64,000 nucleotides of DNA from Anaeramoeba ignava BMAN (lineage: Eukaryota > Protista > Anaeramoebae), in contig JAPDFW010000067.1 in the NCBI GenBank assembly GCA_028826165.1, positions 186,001-250,000 of the forward strand, written 5' to 3'. Position numbers and translations under genes: made by a program. The notes below the pieces were generated by a model. It was not told where the DNA came from and searched no databases. It saw nothing but the letters and a program-made list of their open reading frames with translations. Positions 1 to 11,179 of the stretch are shown here, piece by piece; within the stretch, counting starts at the first letter, position 1; every line of letters starts with the position of its first letter.

Positions 1-1490
1 AAAATTAAATTAATTTCAAAATTAAATTCATTTCAATTCAAAATTAAATTCAATTCATTTCAATTCAAAATTAAATTAAATTCAATTCATTTCAAAATTA
101 AATTAATTTCAAAATTAAATTAAATTCAATTAAATTCAAAATTAAATTAAATTCATTTCAAAATTCAATTCATTTCAAAATTAAATTAAATTAATTTCAA
201 AATTAAATTAAATTAAATTAAATTCAATTCAAAATTAAATTCAAAATTAAATTAAATTCAATTAAATTCAATATTAAATTAAATTCATTTCAAAATTAAA
301 TTAAATTAAATTCATTTCAAAATTAAATTAAATTCAAAATTAAATTAAATTCATTTCAAAATTAAATTCAAAATTAAATTAAATTAAATTCATTTCAAAA
401 TTAAATTCAAAATTAAATTAAATTAAATTCAATTCAAAATTCATTTCAATTCAAAATTCAATTAAATTCAATTCATTTCAATTCAAAATTAAATTAAATT
501 CAATTCATTTCAATTCAAAATTAAATTAAATTAATTTCAAAATTAAATTAAATTAAATTAAATTAAATTCAAAATTAAATTAAATTCAATTAAATTCAAT
601 ATTAAATTAAATTCATTTCAAAATTCATTTCAATTCAAAATTAAATTAAATTTATTTCAAAATTAAATTCATTTCAAAATTAAATTCATTTCAAAATTCA
701 TTTCAAAATTAAATTAAATTAAATTCAAAATTCAATTCAAAATTAAATTAAATTCATTTCAAAATTCAATTAAATTAAATTAAATTAAATTAAATTAAAT
801 TAAATTCATTTCAAAATTAAATTAAATTCAATTCAAAATTAAATTAAATTAAATTAAATTAAATTAAATTAAATTCAAAATTAAATTCAAAATTAAATTA
901 AATTCAAAATTCAATATTAAATTCATTTCAAAATTAAATTAAATTAAATTCAATTAAATTCAATTCAAAATTAAATTAAATTCAAAATTCAATATTAAAT
1001 TCAAAATTAAATTCAAAATTAAATTAAATTCATTTCAAAATTAAATTCATTTCAAAATTAAATTAAATTAAATTAAATTCAAAATTAAATTAAATTAAAT
1101 TCATTTCAAAATTAAATTAAATTAAATTCATTTCAAAATTCAATTCAAAATTAAATTAAATTCATTTCAAAATTAAATTAAATTAAATTCATTTCAAAAT
1201 TAAATTAAATTAAATTCATTTCAAAATTAAATTAAATTAAATTCATTTCAAAATTCATTTCAATTCAAAATCAAATTAAATTCATTTCAAAATTAAATTC
1301 AAAATTAAATTAAATTCAATTAAATTCAATATTAAATTAAATTCATTTCAAAATTAAATTCAAAATTAAATTAAATTCAAAATTAAATTAAATTCATTTC
1401 AAAATTAAATTAAATTCAAAATTAAATTCATTTCAAAATTAAATTAAATTAAATTAAATTCAATTCAAAATTAAATTTTTATAAATTTAG
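1..1490 (+). repeat. 3' part of a large intron of the NRPS-like gene, filled with mixed pentamer repeats (AAATT/CAATT/CATTT/CAAAATT)
   Basis: Repeat tract with essentially no G ends in ATAAATTTAG (AG at 1489-1490). An open frame follows immediately and is continuous with ORF 1705..8490. The donor lies upstream of the window. Confidence 0.75.
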
Positions 1491-4400
1491 CCTTCAAATA
1501 ACATCCTATTGGAAAAAACAATCACAAAACATAACACCAACTAACTTTTTCGGTAACGAAAAAAAAGATTTCAGTAAAAACACTTCAAGAAAAAGACAAA
1601 TCTATTCCACTTTCCCATTCCGGTCAGATTTCATTGAAAACAAAGCAAAGGAATTTAGCGATCAAGCAACAATCGATTTCACACTTGCATCAATAGCACT
1701 TTGCGTGACACAATTCACACAATCACGAAACATATCACTAGCAGTTTGTTGTTACAACTCGTTCATCTACACAGATCAAGACTTCCATCTTTTGGAATTC
1801 AATCCGTATCTCCTGAATATACAAACAACAGAATCGCGCACTTTCAACGATTTGGTCACGAATATCGCACAGAAAAGAAAAGAAATCCAACCGTTCCAAG
1901 AATTCCCGTTTTCGGAATTTTTTTCAAGTGAAGAAATGCTTCAATCCAAATCAAAAGATGAAAAAAAAACGTTTCCTTGCAAAATTTTAGTTGTTTTTGA
2001 CCACGGATTTGTAACGGAAAAGATGAAGAACTTCGAGCTTATTCTGCGACATCACGATCCAAAACTTCAGTTAAAAACAAATACTCAATTCAATTTATCG
2101 TTGAATATTGACAGTAAATCAGAAACAAGCGCCCAAAAAAGAAAAACAAATCCGTTTTATTCCAAGCAGTATTTTGTGCAGGATTACTTCGACTTTGTCG
2201 TTAGTTTTGGATTTGAAGAGGAGACTAACAAGAAGATTGTCCCGAATTGGTTGTTTTTTGACCGAATTTTTTACAATAGCGAAAAAATCAATCAATTATT
2301 TGTGTGCAATTTCTACGAGCATTTCGCAAGAATCGCAAAGACGAGCAACAAGCAAACAGCGGTGGGAAGTGTGCCTGAAATAACGGGGAAAGAAGAGGCT
2401 GTTGTAGTGAATGAATGGAACAATATATCGGGGAAAAATTTCACAAAAACGAAAAAACTAGCATCACTGGGAATTCCGATGATTTTCCGCAAAATCACGA
2501 AAAAAAGACAAGGAGCAATAGCAATCCGCTCGAAAAACGCGAAGGTGACATACGAACAGCTTGAATACCGCTCGGATCTGTTTGCAGTTTATTTGCAAAA
2601 GGAGCTGAAAATACGATCAAACACAGTGATCGGGGTTTCGATGAAAAATTCAGTCGAAACAATAGTGGCGCTACTTGGGATAATCAAGGCAGGGTGCAGC
2701 TATATCGCGCTGAGACCGGAGTTCTCGGCAAACCTTTTGGCACGGATCATCCGGAAACTGGATGTGAAACATGTGCTGAGCGGTGCGGCATCAGCTGGTG
2801 TTTTTGAGAAACTAAAAAAAGAATCAAAAACGGAAATAAATACACATTTAATCACTGTGAATGAGTTGGAGTCTATTCTCAAACAGGTGCAGAGATCGGA
2901 AGTTCGCAAGACAAAATTCAAAGTAAAGGGCAATCAAGTGGCGATTGTTTTCCCTCGGTTTTCTGACGACGGCAAGCTCCAGTTCTTCACATTAACTCAC
3001 GCAAACATCATCACAAAATTCATCACAATTCAATCCTCAATTAATTTATGCAACGTAGTCGGGTTCTGCTCACCGATATATCACGAACAGTCACTGATCG
3101 AGTTGTGGGGCACGCTGATCAACGGAGGTAGAATTGTTGTCTTCTACATGAAAAACTTGCTCAGTTCCAAGTTTGAGGCGTTTATCCGACAATCAGGCAC
3201 AAAAGTGCTTACTCTCTCAACTAGTGTTTTCCAACAAATTGTTTCTCGAGACTCAACATTTATTCGCCAGCAACAACAGCCATCTATTGAGCACACAGAC
3301 CCGCAAACACAGAAAAGCACGTGGCCGTTCCATTTGTTTGATCTCCTGATGATCTACGGTGAACCCATTGCATACCGCAAATTTTTCGAGTTTGTGAAAA
3401 CGGAGAAGATGAGCCTTCCGAAGAAACTCGTCTATTGCTTCGGTACTCCGCAAACAGCATCCATTTTCGCACTTCTCCCCGTATGGGACGAGTTCCAATG
3501 GACAGGCAGGAAGGAGGTTGTTTCTGAAAACGAAGACGATGTCAAAGACGAAAAACAACTCCCGGTTTTCATCCCGAATATCCACTACTGGATCCACAAA
3601 TACAAAAGCAGCACAGGGTTTCTCCCAATAGGCACGCCGTGTAGCGACTGCGAGGTCTACGTTCTCAACAGCAAAACCCTCAAACCAGTGCCTTTTGGCG
3701 TCAGTGGCGAAGTTTATGTGTCTTGTCTTTCAATCGGCACTTTGTTGGATTACAACGGAAATGAAGACGAAAAAACCGACAAATTTCGCGCTCAATTTGA
3801 CAGAATTTTTGTCCCTAATCCATTCGAGAAATCCGATTCTGAGAACAAACTGCTTTTCAACACAGGAATTCACGGATGCATTCTTTCTAGCGGGAAACTG
3901 GAATTTTACGAGTATCAACAACCTCAGGAAATCCGTCAGGTGTTTGTCAACAGCGAGTTTGTGAATGTGAAGGCAATTGAAGAGGTTATCAAAAAACACA
4001 GTAAAGTCAAACAGGCAGTGGTTCTCGTTCGCGATGCAGAAAACTCGGAACGAAAACGCATTGTCGCATATCTGGTTTGCGAAGAGACAATCCCTCCTTC
4101 GTTCCAGGAGCTTTCGCAGTTCATCCAGAACAGACTGCCACAAAGTCACGTTCCTGTTTCTTATGTTTTTGTTGAAAAAACCCAATTTGGTTCTGATAAG
4201 ACAGAAATTTCGCGCGCAATGCTTCTTGCCAAATACGCACATGCGCAAGAAAAAACAAGCTCTACAACAGACACAACCGTCACAAGAAACGCAAATCAAT
4301 CTGCGCAGTTCAAACCCCCGAGTAATCCTACTGAGGAGTTTCTTTGCAAAACGTTTGCGTCTGTTCTTAATTACGAACAAGTCGGTGCGTCGGATAATTT

Positions 4401-7400
4401 TTTCGCACTCGGAGGCGATTCCATATCCGCAACAAGAATCGTCGCAAAGGCTCTTCATGCGGGATTGCGGTTCTCAACAGAAGATCTTTTCCTCAATCCA
4501 GTTGTGTCTGATCTAGCAGTCTTTATCGAAAAACAAAAGGAAAAGTTCCAGCAAAACATAGATTTCTCTGCTCATCACAGAAGATTCTTTGAGCAGCAGC
4601 TCCCAGAGCCGAGCCAATCAGAGCGTCTTGTTTTCATCAATCTCGACCACTCAGTGAATCTGAAGTATCTTAAAAAGGCTTTTTTGATGATCCTTGCCCA
4701 GCACGAAAATCTCCGATTGGTTTTCCCAGAAAATCATCCTCATTTACAATCTTTGGAGGATCTCACTCATAAAAAGAGCAAAAGACATCATAAAGACTCC
4801 TCTGTGTTTTCGGTGCTGAAACTGCCAACGAGCGAGATGGAGCCCAAACAGATTGGCAAACAATGCGCGAAGATCCAACAATCTCTCAGAATAGCAAAAG
4901 GTCCGTTGATAAAATTTGTTGTTTTTGTCGAGGACCAAACGCAGGACACAGAAGCAGAGAAGCTCAACAACGAGGATGCGTTCTCGATTTTCCATGTTGA
5001 GCAGAAACAATCCCAACAGGAAAAGACCGAGAAAGACTTTTCCAAAGACCATTTCTTGGCAATGATTTTGATCCACAATTTACTTGTCGACACCGAGTCA
5101 ATCAAAAAGCTCGTCTCCCAATTGCAAACAAACTACGAAACAGTCAGAAGCTCCTTTGAGAATTTTGTCGAGATCCCAGCACCATCTCCAGTGACTGAGT
5201 ACTACCACTATCTCAACTCCCAAAAAAAGCTAGAAATCACAAAAAAATCATACACTTTCTGGCAGACAATTTCAAACAGAAAGAAAAACTACGTCAAACC
5301 AGTCCCAAAAAACATATCCGAGGCAGGAACAAATTTTTACGAGGATCTGACCAACATCCGCGTCAGTTTCGACGACAAAACCTCGCATCTCATTTACTCA
5401 GAAATCGCTCGGAAAGACGAATACCAGATGGCCGACATCCTCGTGACTGGGATCGGTCTCGCTTTGACTGATTGGACATCCAGCATATACAACTTCATCC
5501 ATCTCATCGAGCCTCCCAATCCCCATTCGCAGAAAACACACGGCTTTATCGCACCGGTAGAAAACACGATCCCAGTTTTGATCGCCTTTACACAACCAAA
5601 TGTCGTAAAAGACAATATAAAGTCATTTGAACTGGTCAAAAAGCAATTGAGAGAATTCCGTTTGCATGTCCAACAGCTCAACAAGATCCTGTATTACAAC
5701 GATGCGCAGAACGCAAACGAAAGCGAGGATCTCGACTATAAAATGGAGTTTGAAAAACAAACTCAAAATGAAAAGCAAATTCAATCACCCTCGCAACAAC
5801 GCAAATCGTCCCAATCCGAGAAGCAAAAGGAGATTCTGACTTCGGGACTTGGCGCCGAGATACCAGACGCTAATCTCAATCTGTTCAAATCAGACGAAGA
5901 CGATGATGACGAGCAAACGGGAATGAGACAAGATGCTCCAGATTCTTCCGAGGACGAAGACATTTCCTTCTTGAAAGTCCCACAATCCAAACAGGAAGAA
6001 CTCAAAATCCTCTCGCAAGCAGAAATCGCAATACGCTTTATCGGAAACGTTGATTTCAACTCCTTCTCTCTCGGAAAAGTTTCCATTGATCCACTAACAG
6101 AACCCAAAAAATCACGAAAACTCAACTCCCCAAAAGCGCAAAACCCGTATTTGATTGAAATTATCAGCTTTGTTCAGCAGGGCTGCGTCTCTTTCAAGCT
6201 CATTTACAACAAGAAGCTTTTCAAAGCGGAAACCATCAAATCGCTTGCGAGAAACATGATGAAAATCTTGATCAAACTCTCGAAGGATATCCGCAAAGAA
6301 AACCAACACAAAAGCAAAAGCAAAAGCAAAAAAACAGAAAACGAGACGCAGGAAGAAAACGATATCTTTGCAAACTTCCCACTCGCAAAAAGTCTTACCG
6401 TAAGCGTCATCCGGGAGCTTTTTGAAGAGGACTCTCTTATCGAAGAAATTCTTACCCCATCTCAATTCCATCAGGAAACAATCCGTTTTTTCTTAAGAAA
6501 AGATCAGCTGTCAAAAAGTCACATTGCAAGTCAACTTCTTCTTCGGTTCACAGCATCCGAATTTGACGAGAACAAACTGCGCCAAGCATGCCAAATCTTT
6601 GTCGACCAGCATCCTGCGATGCGATCCTATTTTGTGCGCAACCAATCCAAGCAATCCAATATTCTTCATATAATCCGCAAAAAGGCAGAGATACCCTTTA
6701 GGTTTATGAAGTTTGAACAAATGGACGATACCTTCAAACAGGAAATTGCGCAGGAACGGCAGCACCCGTTCAAATTTTCCCATGCGCCGTTGATCCGCTT
6801 CTCTCTCTTCTCAATTGAAAAAGATTCCCTTTATTTACTTTCAATCGCATTTGAATCGTTTCTTCTTGATTTCTGGTCAATTCCTTTAATGATACAGGAA
6901 ATATTCTCCAAATACTGCGAACTCGCCTCAAATTCCACCGACGACAAAAAGGATCTTCTTCCCACTCTTCCCCATCCACAACAGATATCTCTCCACCAAA
7001 ATCTCCACAAAGAATACATTTCTTATGAACACAATCTTTCTTTGTCGAAATCAAGAAGATTCTACAGATCGTTTATGAAGGATTTCGACATCAACACCCC
7101 GATAATCCCGACCAAGGAAGGCGTCTCCAATTTCCAGCAATTACTCCTCAATCAAGAAAACATTGGCGAATTGAAAAGCCGCTCAAAAAGCCCGAACCTG
7201 TCTAACATGCAGCACAGTCGAAGTAATGAAAATGTCCCCATTTCACCCAAATTGGATCGTTCTCAAATTCCTGCCAAAAAAATAACACCGTCCGATATTG
7301 ATATCAAGGGACAGTTCTTTGTCAACACTGCAGAATTCAAGGAAATCAACGCGCATGTTGGAGCGGATTCTCTCACAAAAATCATCTCTTCTTTGCGAAC

Positions 7401-8490
7401 AAACAACCTTACTTTGAATTCATTTATACACTTTATTTGGGCGCTTACTCTCAACTTTGTGAATCCTAAAACCCCAACCTATTTCGGTACAACAATCTCA
7501 GGAAGACCAGCAGAGCTTGGCGAAGTTGCAGACAAAATTGTCGCCATGATGAGTAGAGTCCTCCCTATCAAATTCGAGCTCTACAAGGACAAGACTATCT
7601 TGGCTCATATTGCGCAAATTCAATCCCTTCTTCTCAAATCATCTCTCAACCCTCATGTTACAGACTCACGAATCCGCAAATGGTGCAAATTCCCCAAAAA
7701 AACTTATCTCTACAACGGCGGTGTTGTTGTTTTTGAGGGATATCCCAAAGACAGAATATTCCCCCTGCGTGATCTTGGTGATGAAAATTACGAGGTTGTT
7801 CTTGATCTTTCCAAATTGAATCCCTCCTTAGACATCATGTTCTCCAATCTCTCGGTCATGGAATCCTTAAGACATCCTCTTTCTCTTATCGTCTTCCCGT
7901 CGGGACAAGACTTGCTTGTGCGCATTGTGTACAACCAGGCACTTTTTGAAGAAAGAACAATTAATCGCTTGATTGATTTATTCACTCAATTTTTCAAATT
8001 GATTTCTTCATCATTCACAAACTTAGATAAGCCTATTAAGGATCTTCTCAGTAAATCAGAATCTTCCGATTTCATCCAGAAATCCCAAGACAAATCCCTC
8101 AAAAAAGATAAATCATCTCCCCAAATCGATCAATCCCCATCTCCATTGTCAAAAGAATCAGACAATTTGGATCAAGACCACATTTTCAAACAGGGATATT
8201 TAACAAAAAAAGGTGGTCATGGTTTCACTGCAAACTGGAGAAAGCGTTGGTTCATTCTTAAAAACGACCAGTGCTTTTACTACTATAAGTCCCAAGGCAC
8301 TGCACAACCTTCTGGTTTGATTCCAATGAAAGGTGCTTCCATTGAACCTCTTCCAAATCACAAAAAGAAAAATTGTTTCCAAATCAAAACAGAATACAGA
8401 AGTTATCCAATTTATGCTGAATCAAAACAAATTATGGATTCTTGGATTGATGAGATTACTAAATATTTAGCAAGAATTAACAAGAATTAA
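1491..8490 (+). CDS. NRPS-derived multidomain protein, last exon (5'-partial): C (second half) - A (degenerate) - T/PCP - E (degenerate) - C (DCL-like, degenerate) - PH
   Basis: Frame is open from 1492 (LQITSYWKKQ...TLASIALCVTQFTQSRNISLAV...TFNDLVTNIAQKRKEIQPFQEFPFSEF, C-domain-like). A-domain motifs: VTYEQL, IIKAGCSYIAL, LPIGTP...VYVLN...PVPFGVSGEVYV. T domain DNFFALGGDSI with Ser at 4420. E-like QHENLRLVF, HNLLVDT, DILVTGIGLALTDW, NFPLA. C-like QHPAMRSYF, APLIRFSL, LLDFWS, YFGTTISGRP. PH domain KQGYLTKKGG..NWRKRWFIL..AESKQIMDSWI at ~8180-8475. Confidence 0.9.
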
Positions 8491-8624
8491 CAAAAACTAA
8501 CAAAAACTAACAAAAACTAAAAAAAAAATTTAATTTTTTGTTTTTCCTTCTTTTCTTTCCTTTTTTTTTTTTAATCAAATTTCTCGAGATTAATAATAAA
8601 AAAAAATTTTTTCCCTTTTTTCTC

Positions 8625-10973
8625 TTAATTTTGATTTTGTGGAAGAATTTCAAGTTGTTTTGTTTTTCTTGAATATTTTGAACTAAATTTTTTTAAACTA
8701 TTTGTTAAAATTTTTCCAAAATATTTTTTTTGGGAATTCTTTTGATTTTGGAATTGATCAAATGGTGAATCTTCTTGATTTTTTGAATTGGAAATCATTT
8801 TGTTTTTGCTTTTAAAAATTTGATTATTTTCTTGATTTTTCTTTTTTGATTTTTGTAAAAAATGCTTAATTTTTTTGATTGAAAATATAAGTATGAAAAG
8901 AACCAAAATTGCTAAACATAATAAAAAGAATTTTTGCAATTTTCCCTCATAAATTCGGCAATATATCTTTGTTAATGAAGAATGCTTCAATTTGAATTCA
9001 TTTTCGTTTTCATTCTTTTTGTAAATTTCAATTTTGTTGTTATTGTTCAAATTCTTTTCAATCAACCTCTTTGTGTTAATAAAAGAAAGATTATAAGAAT
9101 TTGTCAAATTGGAAAGACCAGAATAAATTTCATCAATTGAAATGATGTTATTTGTGACAAAATCGCAATTTAACCACGAAGTTTTATTCTTAATTATATT
9201 ATCAATTGCGCTTGAAACTTGAGGCATTAATTGATGTGATTCCGATAAATCAACACACGCTCCATTTTCGAATATGAATCCTTCATCACAAACAACTTTT
9301 CCATTCTTACAAATCGCATTGTCAATGCATTTCACACAACTATCCAATTTTTCTTGGTTGTTGATATCTGAATCGCAATATGGTAATTGCTTGAAAAAAA
9401 ATATGTTCATGAGAAAATATCCCAAAAACGCTGTAATTGAAATTAAAAAGAAACAATAAACCCAAAACAAAATTTCTATCATAATCTTTTTTCTTTCTTG
9501 TGTTGCTGTTTCTTTTTCAAGATTTCTTTCTGTTTTTTGTTTTGGTGATGTAGGAAATAATGTTCTTATTGGTGTTTTTTCTGTTTGATTAATAATTGTT
9601 TCTTGGTTTTCCACATATTTATCGATTAAATTGAATGAATTTTGATTTTGATTCTCATTTCCTATTAAATTGAATGAATTTTGATTTTGATTTTCATTTC
9701 CTATTAAATTGAATGAATTTTGATTTTGATTTTGATTTCCTATTAAATTGAATGAATTTTGATTTTGATTTTCATTTTCATTTCTAATTAAATTGAATGA
9801 ATTTTGATTTTGATTTTCATTTCCATTTTTTAGTGAATCTAATTGGGGTATTTGTGGGTAAATTGACCTGAAATAATTCCTTGGTTTTTCTGATTTCTTT
9901 AATTCATGTGAATTTTGAAGAAATTTATCAAAAGTTGAGGAATCATTTGGCTTTTTTTTCTCTTCAGAATAAATTTTCTGATGAGTTTCTTGTTTTTTTG
10001 GTTTGAAAAGAAAATCTAAATTATCTTTTGAGGGTGTTAATTTTGTTTTTGAAGGTGATTTTTTCTTTTTGTTTGATTTATGTTTTTTTTGATCTTCATT
10101 AATAGGATGTTCCAATGGAATTCGTTTTTTATCTCTTGCATTTTTTGAAATGGAATTATCATTAGATCGATTTGGTTCTTTTCTAGTATATGAAGAAGTA
10201 GTTTCTATTAAATTATTATTTTCATTTTCATTTTCAATTTGATTTTCATTTTCAATTTGATTTTCATTTTCAATTTGATTTTGATTTTGATTTTGATTTT
10301 GATTTTCAATTTGATTTTCATTTTCAATTTCATTTTGATTTTCAATTTGATTTTCATTTTCAATTTGATTTTCATTTTCAATTTGATTTTCAATTTGATT
10401 TTCAATTTGATTTTCATTTTCAATTTCAATTTGATTTTCATTTTCATTTTGATTTTCATTTTCATTTTGATTTTCATTTTGATTTTCATTTTCAATTTCA
10501 ATTTGATTTTCAATTTCTTCTTGTTTTTTTGGTTTTTTTTTTGCTGATGAAAGCTGATAAATAAGTTTTGAAGAACTATTTTGGAATACATTCTTTAAAG
10601 ATAACCGTTTGTTATCCTTTTCTTTTGTCAAAAGATTTTTATTTAATTTTTTTTTTGATTTTAATTTTTTTACATTTTCTTTTTCTTTTTCATTTTCATT
10701 TTCTTTTTTTGAAATATTTTCTTCATATTTTGTTGGACTTTCATAACTAATTTGTGTTGGACTTTGATAAAAATCATTTTTTATTTTTGAATCATTTATT
10801 ATTTTGGGATTTTTTGCTTTTTGTTCTTTATCTATTTCTTCAAATTTTGTTGGACTTTCATAAGTTGATTCATTTTGTTCTTGAAAAGATTCTTTAATAT
10901 CTTCTTGGTTTTCTTTGGTTTTGTTTTTTCTTTTGCCTCTTTTCTTGTGATGTTTTTTTATTGTTGTAACTGA

Positions 10974-11005
<32 letters not shown>

Positions 11006-11138
11006 TTTCTTTTTTTTTGAGACGTTGATAAATTCTTACATAATCTTGTTTTTTTTTTCTTCCTGTTGATATTTTTCCACCCATTTTTTCAATTTTGGAA
11101 ATTAATTGAGGAATAGTAAATCTGCTTGGATCACTCAT
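8625..11138 (-). CDS. Src1/Heh1/MAN1-like inner nuclear membrane protein (N-terminal HeH/LEM-like helices, long disordered linker, two TM segments around a Cys-rich luminal region)
   Basis: N-terminus DPSRFTIPQLISKIEKMG..RKKKQDYVRIY resembles HeH. TM1 at ~9390-9480. Luminal YCDS..CVKCIDNAICKNGKVVCDEGF..GAC matches the Man1-Src1 pattern. TM2 at ~8880-8935. Confidence 0.7.
9625..9830 (-). repeat. Coding 39-bp tandem repeat, ~5 copies (NENQNQNSFNLIG)
   Basis: Repeated TTCCTATTAAATTGAATGAATTTTGATTTTGATTTTCAT-like units on the + strand. Confidence 0.85.
10215..10515 (-). repeat. Coding hexamer repeat (ENENQIENQ)n
   Basis: TTTTCA/TTTTGA/TTTCAA hexamers. They also generate the spurious MKIK/IFIF ORFs in other frames. 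Confidence 0.85.
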
Positions 11139-11179
11139 TTTAAAATAAAAAAAATGAAAATAAAAAAATGAAATTTATT

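Noticed and set aside
1-1480. Telomeric repeat at the window edge
   Set aside because: Units are heterogeneous with no G-rich telomere motif, and the tract ends at an AG followed by an in-frame exon. It is best read as an intron.
1705-1707. Start codon of the NRPS-like ORF as given in the track
   Set aside because: It is a GTG inside a frame already open from 1492. The true start lies upstream of the window.
3730-4458. 242-aa antisense ORF within the NRPS-like gene
   Set aside because: No recognisable motifs, and such ORFs are expected opposite a relatively GC-rich coding exon.
1491-8490. Bacterial contamination, or recent HGT inferred from higher GC
   Set aside because: The gene has a spliceosomal-type acceptor, a PH domain and host-style insertions. 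The native SERINC gene is also relatively GC-rich, so composition alone is uninformative.
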